A stretch of 64,000 nt of DNA. Source: a virus. The translations under genes were made by a program, and so were the position numbers. Below are positions 17,650 to 26,217 of this stretch, piece after piece (position 1 is the stretch's first letter; each line of letters opens with the position of its first letter). The notes under the pieces were generated by a model. That model did no database searches. It saw nothing but the letters and a program-made list of their open reading frames with translations, and was not told the DNA's origin. The stretch is taken from IMG/VR virus record IMGVR_UViG_3300042554_001073; one strand, written 5' to 3'.

Positions 17650-17675
17650 AAAAAAAGGAGGAGAAAACTCCTCCT
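17650..17675 (-). terminator. intrinsic terminator overlapped by the late promoter TAAATA (17675..17680)
   Basis: AGGAGGAG-TTTT-CTCCTCCT-TTTTTT. Confidence 0.75.
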
Positions 17676-17696
17676 ATTTAGAGTATGTTACGGACT

Positions 17697-19274
17697 TCAG
17701 AATGATCCGCCGTCGATTGTGATATTCTCTAGATATCTGATGGTTCCAGTACAGGAAATCACCTGCGACTGACCAGCACAATCATTAACCCAAAGAGCAC
17801 CGATTTCAATCGCAGCATAGTTTGAAACAGTGATTTGTGGACTGTCGTTATCAGTACCACCACCATCAGAAACTTGTGAACCAAACTTAAATCTTCCGTC
17901 AGCGTGTTCCCAGATAACAGCAGACTTCTTCGCACCTGAAGAGTTGTAGTTGAAGAGAACACCAAGGTCCCAAGTTGTTGCTGAAGCAGGAGCAGATCCA
18001 TCAACTTGTCCAAGTTCAATGGTTCTGTCTTCAACAGTCATTGAAGCAGTATTGACCTGAGTTGTGGAACCATTTACATAAAGGTTTCCAGAAACAGTCA
18101 GGTTTTGTGCTGCGGTTAAGTTACCTGAAGTATCAATCGTAGCAGCATTTGTGCCATTAGAGTGCTTAATGGTTGCTACTTGTAGAGTTGGAGTGCTAAC
18201 AGCAGTTCCAACAACAACAGTATTTGGAAGACCAACAGTGATTGTTTGGCTGGAAACAGAAGTTTCAATCTCTCCAGCAGTACCAGAAACAGTTAAAGTT
18301 TGTGAGGTAGCAACTGTGCTTGGACCGCCACTATCAGCATTGATACCAAGAGTTAAATCAATTCCAGAAATAGCAGTATCAGTATAATCCTTAACCGCTG
18401 CTGATGTTGGAATTGATGTGTCGTTATCACTTGAACTAATACCTTCACCTTCAGTTACGATAGCAGAAGCAGCGAAATCAGCAACCTCTACATTTGAAAG
18501 TGAGTTGCCAGTTCCATTCGCATCAAATGTCTTATTGGTAAGAGTTGTAGTAGATGATGCGGTAATAAATCCAGAAGTCGTATTGCTGTAGTTAGCAAGG
18601 TCATTATCAACTACAAAATCAATCGTACCATCACTATCTTGATAGGTAACGGTGATTAAAGTTTCGGTGTTGCTGGAGACCATTGCTCCAACAATATCTT
18701 GAACTCTTTCTGCGTTTACTGTAACAACACCAGTAGATACTGTAAAATCAGTAGCGTCAAAAGAAGCAACACCCTTATTAGTATCACTTGCTAATTCGGC
18801 AGCAATTGTAATAGTATTATCGGTTACGGTCGTATCAATACCTTCTCCACCGCTAAATGTAATGGTTGCTCCAGTGCTTACACTATCAGGAGTTCCACTA
18901 TCAGCAGCAATATTGATATTACTTACAACTTGGTCCCAGGATAAAACACCTGAGGAGTTTGTCTTTAGGAAATATCCATCAGTCGCAGTTGCTGGGAATG
19001 TATAAGTCGTAATACCAGCAAGACTATCTGGAGACTTCAGTGTAATATATGACGTTCCGTTTGAAGTACCTTCTACAAGGTTTACGCCGCTACCTGTAGA
19101 TGAAGTGTTGTTGGTCCAGAACCTATGTGAACCAACGATTTTATTTTCGCCTGTGGTGCTATTAATACCCACATACAGATCGTAACTATCTGTAGTAAAA
19201 CCAGGTTCACCTGCCTGTAGACCAGGAAGATTAGCAAGGACACCCCTCTTAAACTGAATTACTGGGTTTGCCAT
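17697..19274 (-). CDS. tail-fibre / virion structural protein
   Basis: MANPVIQFKRG...GEPGFTTD N-terminus; VSGNLYVNGSTTQVNT; ends IDGGSF. Confidence 0.8.
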   Translation of the reverse strand: MANPVIQFKRGVLANLPGLQAGEPGFTTDSYDLYVGINSTTGENKIVGSHRFWTNNTSSTGSGVNLVEGTSNGTSYITLKSPDSLAGITTYTFPATATDGYFLKTNSSGVLSWDQVVSNINIAADSGTPDSVSTGATITFSGGEGIDTTVTDNTITIAAELASDTNKGVASFDATDFTVSTGVVTVNAERVQDIVGAMVSSNTETLITVTYQDSDGTIDFVVDNDLANYSNTTSGFITASSTTTLTNKTFDANGTGNSLSNVEVADFAASAIVTEGEGISSSDNDTSIPTSAAVKDYTDTAISGIDLTLGINADSGGPSTVATSQTLTVSGTAGEIETSVSSQTITVGLPNTVVVGTAVSTPTLQVATIKHSNGTNAATIDTSGNLTAAQNLTVSGNLYVNGSTTQVNTASMTVEDRTIELGQVDGSAPASATTWDLGVLFNYNSSGAKKSAVIWEHADGRFKFGSQVSDGGGTDNDSPQITVSNYAAIEIGALWVNDCAGQSQVISCTGTIRYLENITIDGGSF

Positions 19275-19310
19275 CTCTTACAACTATTTTGCTTTATTAG
19301 TATTTAGTGA

Positions 19311-19541
19311 TTAAAAACTTCCTCCATCTATACCGGTGAAAGTGATATTATTTACATCTATTTCACTTTCAACAACGTCAATGAAATCTTGTGGTAGTTC
19401 AGTTGCTGTTAATAACACATCATCAGCAGGTATGACATCAAATTTACCTGTTGAATGATTATAACGCATTACATTTTTATTTTTTGATTGATTAAGTGGG
19501 TCAAAGTCAGTATCATTTAAGTCTCTTAATCTTGTCGGCAT
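19311..19541 (-). CDS. small virion protein, paralog of 19541..19864
   Basis: Shares D-L-D-T-x-F and LPxDF motifs; ends IDGGSF. Confidence 0.75.
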   Translation of the reverse strand: MPTRLRDLNDTDFDPLNQSKNKNVMRYNHSTGKFDVIPADDVLLTATELPQDFIDVVESEIDVNNITFTGIDGGSF

Positions 19542-19864
19542 CAGAAAGATCCTCCATCAAGATTGTCTAACTGAATTTGACCAAGATTTAACTCACCTTC
19601 TAATGCTGATACGAAATCATCAGGTAAAGCATTATCATCTGCGGAGGTACTTAAGAGTTGGTCTGCTGTAGTTAAAATAAACTTATTGTTAACACTATCA
19701 TATGATACAATCAAACCATCTTTTGTAGCATCCAACTCACCAAAAGCAGTATCGCCCATCTCACTAATAATAGATGGTTGTCTTACTGCTTGGGTTTTTA
19801 CTGTTTTTGCTGGTGCTTTTCTTGCGACATTAGCAATAGACTGTGCCTTTTTTACAACTGCCAT
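19541..19864 (-). CDS. small virion protein
   Basis: Ends LDGGSF; has a Lys/Ala-rich N-terminal extension. Confidence 0.75.
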   Translation of the reverse strand: MAVVKKAQSIANVARKAPAKTVKTQAVRQPSIISEMGDTAFGELDATKDGLIVSYDSVNNKFILTTADQLLSTSADDNALPDDFVSALEGELNLGQIQLDNLDGGSF

Positions 19865-19869
19865 TGTTT

Positions 19870-20205
19870 TTAGGTGGTAATGCCTGCTCTTACGAATGCC
19901 ATTCCTTCAACCAATCTAGAAACAGCACCGCTTCCAGAAGTAAGTTTAACATCATAATAATAACGTCCAGGTTCTAATCGAGTAGTAACACCTGATGTCA
20001 TAGCAATCGCAACTTCACCTGTTGCTGCTGTAATACTCACACTGAATGATGTTGATGTTGTTGCTCCAGGATGCTTTTTCATCTTGGCAACACCAGAATA
20101 TCCTACAAGGTTTGATGTGGTTCCATTAGATTCTGTAGAAACAAAAGTTTCTGAAAAATCCGCACCTTGAGGAATTGATATATTAATGACTGGATTGACT
20201 GCCAT
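19870..20205 (-). CDS. small Ig-like virion structural protein
   Basis: ISIPQGADFSETF...LEPGRYYYDVKL...RLVEG pattern, common in myovirus fibre regions. Confidence 0.7.
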   Translation of the reverse strand: MAVNPVINISIPQGADFSETFVSTESNGTTSNLVGYSGVAKMKKHPGATTSTSFSVSITAATGEVAIAMTSGVTTRLEPGRYYYDVKLTSGSGAVSRLVEGMAFVRAGITT

Positions 20206-20234
20206 CGGTCTTTTTTAACTATTTATCCAGACAT

Positions 20235-20258
20235 AAAAAAAGAGGGCTGCCCCTCTTT
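20235..20258 (-). terminator. intrinsic terminator
   Basis: AAAGAGGG-GCAG-CCCTCTTT-TTTT; a late promoter follows at 20220..20225. Confidence 0.8.
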
Positions 20259-20263
20259 GATTA

Positions 20264-20686
20264 TCATTCAGCAGGTGCTTCTTCTGCTGGTGGTTCGGGA
20301 GTTTCTAGTACCCAATCACCAGATTCCTCATCCCAACGATAGAATGAACGTGCTTCGATCTCTTCTTCAGTGAGTTCTGGAGCAGGACCAACTGGTGATT
20401 CCCAATCAGCAGTTTCTTCATTGAGAACCCAAGAAGCAAAAGGTTGTGGGGGGATGAAAGCATCCAGTTCTTCATTATAGGTATAACCAATACCAGCATA
20501 ACGAACTCTCATATTGTTGTTATATGAGGTTTGCTTCCAGTTGGTATCAGCCCCCAGAAGTTTCTTACAGAATGCTACACCGATCTCTTCTACTTCTACT
20601 CCATTTGAGTCAGAAGTATCTTCGTTACTCACAACAATGACTTGAGTAACAACGTTGTTTTCATCGAGTTGTGCGAAATGTGCCAT
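20264..20686 (-). CDS. MAHFA-type small protein, putative fibre assembly/accessory factor
   Basis: MAHFAQLDENNVVTQVIVV...WKQTSYN...YAGIGYTY...PQPFASW. Confidence 0.7.
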   Translation of the reverse strand: MAHFAQLDENNVVTQVIVVSNEDTSDSNGVEVEEIGVAFCKKLLGADTNWKQTSYNNNMRVRYAGIGYTYNEELDAFIPPQPFASWVLNEETADWESPVGPAPELTEEEIEARSFYRWDEESGDWVLETPEPPAEEAPAE

Positions 20687-20756
20687 CGTTTTTGTATATA
20701 AATGAATGTTGATGTGAAAGTATTTATTTTAATTTAATTTATCAAAAAAATCAATA

Positions 20757-21146
20757 TTAGTCTGGAGTTATTTTTTTCCATTCCCCCAAACTTTCATCCC
20801 ATAAAGTTGATGTGTTAATTTCTTTTTCTTCATCAGTTAAAATTGGTTCTGGTACAGGTGGAGTCCACTTCAAAGTGTTTTCATCAAATGTCCACGATGG
20901 ATATGGTTTTGTGGAAATAAATCCATCTTTAAACTTATCAAAGGTATTACCTATGTATCCCCAATTTTTTTTATTATCAATCATTACCCAATAATCTTTT
21001 TTTGAATCTGGATATTTTTCATATAAATGGGAGTATGCCCAATGTTCATATACATTACCATCATCATCTGTTACAATATCATCATCAAATATCTGAACAA
21101 CATCTACAACTTTGTTATTAGAATTAACTCTCGCAAAATTAAACAT
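20757..21146 (-). CDS. divergent paralog of 20264..20686
   Basis: MFNFARVNSNNKVVDVV...YIGNTFD...KPYPSWTFDE...WTPPVPEP. Confidence 0.7.
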   Translation of the reverse strand: MFNFARVNSNNKVVDVVQIFDDDIVTDDDGNVYEHWAYSHLYEKYPDSKKDYWVMIDNKKNWGYIGNTFDKFKDGFISTKPYPSWTFDENTLKWTPPVPEPILTDEEKEINTSTLWDESLGEWKKITPD

Positions 21147-21170
21147 CGGCGTCTTTCTTATTTTATCTAT

Positions 21171-21746
21171 TTATTTTTTTAGATTAAATGAAATGAACTG
21201 GGACATAACTAATCTACCATTATTTTTATTCCACCCAAAAGATTTGGAAATTGTGTGATGAAGTTTTGAATTATAAAGAACAAAACGATTATATTTATTT
21301 TCCACATTGACTATTTCGCCAGAAGATAGTTTTATTTTTGTTCCTCTACCTTTTCTTACATTTTTATTTAAATAAACAACACCGGCATAATAGTGTTCGC
21401 ACTTATTATCATTTTCTCCTATAAAATCTTTATGCCATTGTGGTAGTATCTTATTTACATCTCTAAATGTAATAGAAAAAGTATTCCAGACTCTATTATC
21501 TTCGTGTGACCAATCAATACGATTATTTGTAATAAAGTTTCCAATTGCTGCTTGCTTTTCAATAATCATTTGAGATAACTCAGTATCCTGAAAATTAATA
21601 TAGTTTGTCCTCAGTCCAGGAAAGTCCATTAAGTGCTCTGGATCTGGATGATTTGTCTTATCATAAAAAGTAAAATAATTTAATGCTCTTTTTCTTACCT
21701 CATCTGGATCTTCAAAAAAATTATCCAGTACAAAAAATTCTCTCAT
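21171..21746 (-). CDS. 2OG-Fe(II) oxygenase-like protein
   Basis: VLDNFFEDPDEVR...FPGLRT...WHKD...YAGVVYLN...NRFVLYNSKLHH. Confidence 0.7.
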   Translation of the reverse strand: MREFFVLDNFFEDPDEVRKRALNYFTFYDKTNHPDPEHLMDFPGLRTNYINFQDTELSQMIIEKQAAIGNFITNNRIDWSHEDNRVWNTFSITFRDVNKILPQWHKDFIGENDNKCEHYYAGVVYLNKNVRKGRGTKIKLSSGEIVNVENKYNRFVLYNSKLHHTISKSFGWNKNNGRLVMSQFISFNLKK

Positions 21747-21767
21747 ATTTAAATACCAAAAATAACA

Positions 21768-22892
21768 TCAAGAACCTGTTGGTCCTCCTGATTCTTTGTA
21801 GCGAATGAATACAATTCCTGGACCACCATTTCCGGTATGAACTGCTCCACCTCCACCAGTATTTGGTTGTCCATTTTTTGATGGTTGAGGAGCTCCACCT
21901 CCACCACCTTTTCCTCCCGTGCCAGGAGCACCAGTTCCTCCAGGAAATTGTCCCCCGTGTCCTCCACCACCAAACCAAGCTTCTGTTGGATAATTACTAT
22001 CACCAAATCCATTAGTTGCTCTTGGTCCAATTATAGAACTAAAATCTATTCCATCACCACCTTGTGCTCTAAAAGACGCTGCTGGTCCCGGTACTGTAAT
22101 TCCTGGACCTGTTATTGGTGATTGGTAATATGTTGGAGGACTATACCTTGCTCCACCGCCACCACCGCCTGAATAAGATGTATCGGTTGCAGTTGCGTTT
22201 CCAGGACTTCCTTGGAATCGAGTATCACCAATAGGTGATGTTGGTCCACTTGCTCTTGGTTCTGGAGAATTTCCTGCTGAATTATTTCCTTCACCAAATT
22301 GGGTTATTGGTCCCGGATAATCTTTTCCTCCACCAGACCCACCAGGATTTCCTCCTCCTCCACCACCAGCACCACCATATCCACCACCGTGAACTGTAAT
22401 TGATGGAATGCCATTACCATTTGGGGCATTAAAAACTGAGGGTTGTCCATTTACACCGTTTCCTGGGGATGCATTTGCACCGCCACCAACACTAATTGGA
22501 TAAGTTCCTAGGGGTAAAGAAATTTGTGGTATAAATCTTACTCCACCAGCTCCGCCTCCACCACCACCATATGAACCCGGTTGATCATCTCCACCACTAC
22601 CACCACCAGCAACTAGAATGATATCAAAGTTAGCTGTTCCACCTGGACCATCTAGATTGTTAATTGTAAATGAATATGGTGTCTGAGCATCTAAAGTAGT
22701 TGCTGGAAATGAATGTATTTTATAACCATTCCAATCTGTTATTGTTCCACCACTAGCATTTACTGTAGGTCCCGGAGGATTTGTTGATATACCAGATGTT
22801 CTTTTTGTACTAAAAAAATTTAATCCATAACCATCCAATCTTTTATTTTCCCCAAATCCCTTTGGACTTTTATCAGAACTTCTTGCGCCCAT
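21768..22892 (-). CDS. glycine-rich putative adhesin head
   Basis: ASGGTITDWNGYKIHSF...LVAGGGSGG...WFGGGG...GGPGIVFIRY. Confidence 0.8.
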   Translation of the reverse strand: MGARSSDKSPKGFGENKRLDGYGLNFFSTKRTSGISTNPPGPTVNASGGTITDWNGYKIHSFPATTLDAQTPYSFTINNLDGPGGTANFDIILVAGGGSGGDDQPGSYGGGGGGAGGVRFIPQISLPLGTYPISVGGGANASPGNGVNGQPSVFNAPNGNGIPSITVHGGGYGGAGGGGGGNPGGSGGGKDYPGPITQFGEGNNSAGNSPEPRASGPTSPIGDTRFQGSPGNATATDTSYSGGGGGGARYSPPTYYQSPITGPGITVPGPAASFRAQGGDGIDFSSIIGPRATNGFGDSNYPTEAWFGGGGHGGQFPGGTGAPGTGGKGGGGGAPQPSKNGQPNTGGGGAVHTGNGGPGIVFIRYKESGGPTGS

Positions 22893-22905
22893 TTTGAATT
22901 ACCCC

Positions 22906-23307
22906 TTAAATATCAGTATCGCCAAGGATTTGATAGTTCACGACACTACCAATACCTGCTCCCGCTAATCCAGATTGGGTAACTTCTACAACAATCTTTT
23001 CTTGATTTGTTAAAACTAGTGGGTAGTTCATCTCAAAGAAAAAAGTTTCATTTTGTGATAAATCTACTCTAGCAAGACGATAAACAGTTTGACCTACACC
23101 AGAAGCAGCAACACCACTTGGATAAACGTAAAGTGATGAAGTGCAGGTTGCTAGTCCAGTATTATGCATCACCACACCACGTAGATAAGTGGTTGATGCG
23201 ATACCAACTCCTCCAGCAGTTTGTGTAGTTCCTACAGTAAAAATACCAACAGTATTAATACCAGTAACTGCCTGTATTCCTAATAGTTTAGTTCTCTTGA
23301 GGGACAT
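22906..23307 (-). CDS. small beta-rich virion protein (adaptor family, copy 2), close paralog of 29244..29645
   Basis: GGVGIASTTYLRGVVMHNTGL...ETFFFEMNYPLVLTNQ...GDTDI. Confidence 0.85.
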   Translation of the reverse strand: MSLKRTKLLGIQAVTGINTVGIFTVGTTQTAGGVGIASTTYLRGVVMHNTGLATCTSSLYVYPSGVAASGVGQTVYRLARVDLSQNETFFFEMNYPLVLTNQEKIVVEVTQSGLAGAGIGSVVNYQILGDTDI

Positions 23308-23314
23308 CTTACTT

Positions 23315-23330
23315 CTTTTTTAGTTATTTA
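23315..23330 (-). promoter_or_regulatory. late promoter/leader repeat overlapping the stop codon
   Basis: TAAATAACTAAAAAAG. Confidence 0.7.
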
Positions 23331-24290
23331 GTTAAATAAAGCTGCGTCAAGTTCGTTGAAACCTGCAGGAATTGAAACAGAAACTGTAATTGTAGCAGCA
23401 GCTCCTGTAGCAGTTGCTGTAAGGTCAGATCCAACAAAGTTAATGGAAGTGATTCCAGCGCCAACTGAAGAACCTTGTTCTAGAATATTAACACCACTGA
23501 TAACACCAGTTAGATTGGAACCATCACCATAATAAGTAGCACCAGTAACAATACCAAGTGTTGATGTTCCTGATACACTTAATGAACTTATGGATGTGAT
23601 ACCGAGTGTTGATGTTCCTGATACATTTAAGGTATTAATTGTACCAATACCAGTTACATTTAAATTATCGAAATTTCCCGTGGCAACAACTAAAGATGCT
23701 ACTAGATATCCAATTGCTTCAATCTCGTCATTTAAAAGAGCAGCAGAAGTTAGAGTAAAACTAGTTCCATTGGTCGCTGTAAAATCTGTTCCAGCAGTTA
23801 AACGTACACCATTACGATAAACATCAAGATATCCTACAGTATATCCACCAGAAAAAGTAAATACCGATTGTCCAGCAGTAGCAGTATATGTATTGCGAAC
23901 ATAAATGTTTCCATCATTCGCATAACTGATTGGAACTGCCGCACCATAAGAAACACCAGAAAAATCTAGTGCCGCATCTGGTGCTGTAGTGAATACAATA
24001 TTTGAACCAGATACATTATAGTCAACACCAGGACTTTGAACAACACCACCAAGAACAATTCTTAACTGTTGAGCATTTGCTGGAGTAACAGCAACACTAC
24101 CAGAAGTTAATGCGAATGTTTGCGTTGACCCATTGAAACTTCCACTAATATCATCTAATACTTTTATATTACTTACGCTTGCCGCAGCATAACTCTTCCA
24201 TACAGTGCCGTCCCATTCATAGGAAAACCCTGATGTTGTATCAGTAAAAACGCTACCTATACCAGGATTGTTTGGAAAATTAAGTGCCAT
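23328..24290 (-). CDS. tail-fibre protein ending in the stub motif
   Basis: MALNFPNNP..., DDISGSFNG, TATAGQSVFT...DVYRNGVRL, YYGDGSNLTG; C-terminus FNELDAALFN. Confidence 0.8.
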   Translation of the reverse strand: MALNFPNNPGIGSVFTDTTSGFSYEWDGTVWKSYAAASVSNIKVLDDISGSFNGSTQTFALTSGSVAVTPANAQQLRIVLGGVVQSPGVDYNVSGSNIVFTTAPDAALDFSGVSYGAAVPISYANDGNIYVRNTYTATAGQSVFTFSGGYTVGYLDVYRNGVRLTAGTDFTATNGTSFTLTSAALLNDEIEAIGYLVASLVVATGNFDNLNVTGIGTINTLNVSGTSTLGITSISSLSVSGTSTLGIVTGATYYGDGSNLTGVISGVNILEQGSSVGAGITSINFVGSDLTATATGAAATITVSVSIPAGFNELDAALFN

Positions 24291-24339
24291 GTCTTGGAAG
24301 ATATACTTTCGTTTTGAGCATCATAATGATTTTAGTTAT

Positions 24340-26199
24340 TTATGAAGGATAAGCAATAAGGACGATACCGGAACCACCATTACCCCCCGGTCCAGCACCT
24401 GGGGTGCTTACGATGCCTCCACCTCCACCACCACCAGAACCTGTATTCTGTAATGCATTTGTGCCACTTGCTCCACTGGGTCCAGGGCCACCATTTCCTG
24501 CTCCAGCAAAAGGACCGCCAGGACCACCACCAATACCTCCATTATTTGATGCATTCCAGGCACCACCACCACCACCGCCAGCAAACCAATAACCACTTCC
24601 ACCAGGACCAGGAGCTCCTACTGTCGATGAAGGATTTCTAAATGATGGTGGTGCTTGCAGTCCTATACCACCAAAACCTCCCGCTATCGGAGCTGAAGGT
24701 GAAGGTCCTGGACCACCGACGCCACCAGCACCACCTCCTCCACCTGATGGATATCCAGGAGATCCACTACCACCAGAACCACCAGAGTTTCCATACTCTA
24801 TTGCTCCTGGATTTGTTGCTGGTTGTGCTGCTGGTGCTGCTGTTCCACCATCTCCCGCACCACCAGAAGAACCACCAGTATTAGATCCTGTGCCAGGCCA
24901 ACCTGCTCCACCAGCACCACCACGATAAGCAACATATGGTCCTGACGGATGAGTTACTGTAGTATCAACACCGTCAGTTCCCCTATTTGTTGGACTACTA
25001 CCTCTTGGAGCAACTCCACCAGCACCAACAGTGATTGTATAAGTTGCTGGTGATGGGAATGCTAGTCCAGGATGATAAACAATACCACCAGCACCTCCAC
25101 CACCACCAGATGCATAATTGGTTGGATTGGCATCTGGTCCACCAGAACCCCCACCGGCAACTATGAATACCTCTGCTGTTGGTATTGCTGATGTTGTTTG
25201 GAAAGTACCAGAACTCGTAAAGGTATGAATAGTCATACCATTATAATAACTTATAGCACCACCGGTTGCTTTTGCGGTTGCTGTTAGTTGTCCTATTTGG
25301 TAACGGACTACTACGATTCCGGAACCACCAGCACCACCAATTGCTGCCGGTGGTGAAGCAAATCCACCACCTTGTCCACCGTTTCCAGTGCTATAAGTTC
25401 CAGGAGATCCAGTATTATTTCCAGGGCCTCCACCAGCACCACCTGTAGAGTATGTGACAGAAGAACCACTATAGTTGTTTGAGGTTCCAGTGCCACCGGC
25501 ACCTCCTGTGCCAGCAGTGCCGTTACCTCCTACACCACCTGCTCCACCGCCTCCTCCACCAGCTCCTGGGAAAGCGGTGTGAGCTCTTCCACCATCATAA
25601 CCCTGTCTTGGTGGTCCAGCAGTTCCCGATCCACCTAGTCCAAAAGTAGATGCGTCACTTTGAGCTCCTCCGCCACCACCAGAACCTCCTGGAGATCCAT
25701 TAGTTCCACCACCAGAACCTCCTCCTCCTCCTCCAGTTGCTGATATTGGACCGAAAGAACTTGTTCCACCTTGAAATCCTTGGAAAGGTGAAGAATTTGG
25801 GAATGGCGCTGCCGCACCACCACCACCAACAACAATAGAAAAGGGTGCTGGAAAGGTTCCAGGATTTACTGGAAATCCTGTTGAAGTTAAAAGACCACCC
25901 GCTCCTCCTCCTCCAGCACCTCTACCATTAGATACATCCCCAAGTCCACCACCACCACCACCAGCAACTACAAGATACTCAACATTAGATCCAAAAGATC
26001 CAATAGAACTTACATCAAAAGTACCTGATGAAGTAAAGATGTGTGCTCTATAGACATCAGACCCATCTACATAATCACTGATAACCCCACCAGTTGCTGT
26101 AAGACCCTCTAATGGCGGTGGAGTAGAAGCATCCGTACCACTTCTTACGAAGGTGTCTAAAAACTGTTGTAGTGAATTATTGACTGATCTTACGCCCAT
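24340..26199 (-). CDS. two-domain glycine-rich putative adhesin head
   Basis: Two tandem ATGG...HxFTSSG...GGSGIV(V/L) units. Confidence 0.8.
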   Translation of the reverse strand: MGVRSVNNSLQQFLDTFVRSGTDASTPPPLEGLTATGGVISDYVDGSDVYRAHIFTSSGTFDVSSIGSFGSNVEYLVVAGGGGGGLGDVSNGRGAGGGGAGGLLTSTGFPVNPGTFPAPFSIVVGGGGAAAPFPNSSPFQGFQGGTSSFGPISATGGGGGGSGGGTNGSPGGSGGGGGAQSDASTFGLGGSGTAGPPRQGYDGGRAHTAFPGAGGGGGGAGGVGGNGTAGTGGAGGTGTSNNYSGSSVTYSTGGAGGGPGNNTGSPGTYSTGNGGQGGGFASPPAAIGGAGGSGIVVVRYQIGQLTATAKATGGAISYYNGMTIHTFTSSGTFQTTSAIPTAEVFIVAGGGSGGPDANPTNYASGGGGGAGGIVYHPGLAFPSPATYTITVGAGGVAPRGSSPTNRGTDGVDTTVTHPSGPYVAYRGGAGGAGWPGTGSNTGGSSGGAGDGGTAAPAAQPATNPGAIEYGNSGGSGGSGSPGYPSGGGGGAGGVGGPGPSPSAPIAGGFGGIGLQAPPSFRNPSSTVGAPGPGGSGYWFAGGGGGGAWNASNNGGIGGGPGGPFAGAGNGGPGPSGASGTNALQNTGSGGGGGGGIVSTPGAGPGGNGGSGIVLIAYPS

Positions 26200-26217
26200 T
26201 GGATGTTTTTTGAGTAT

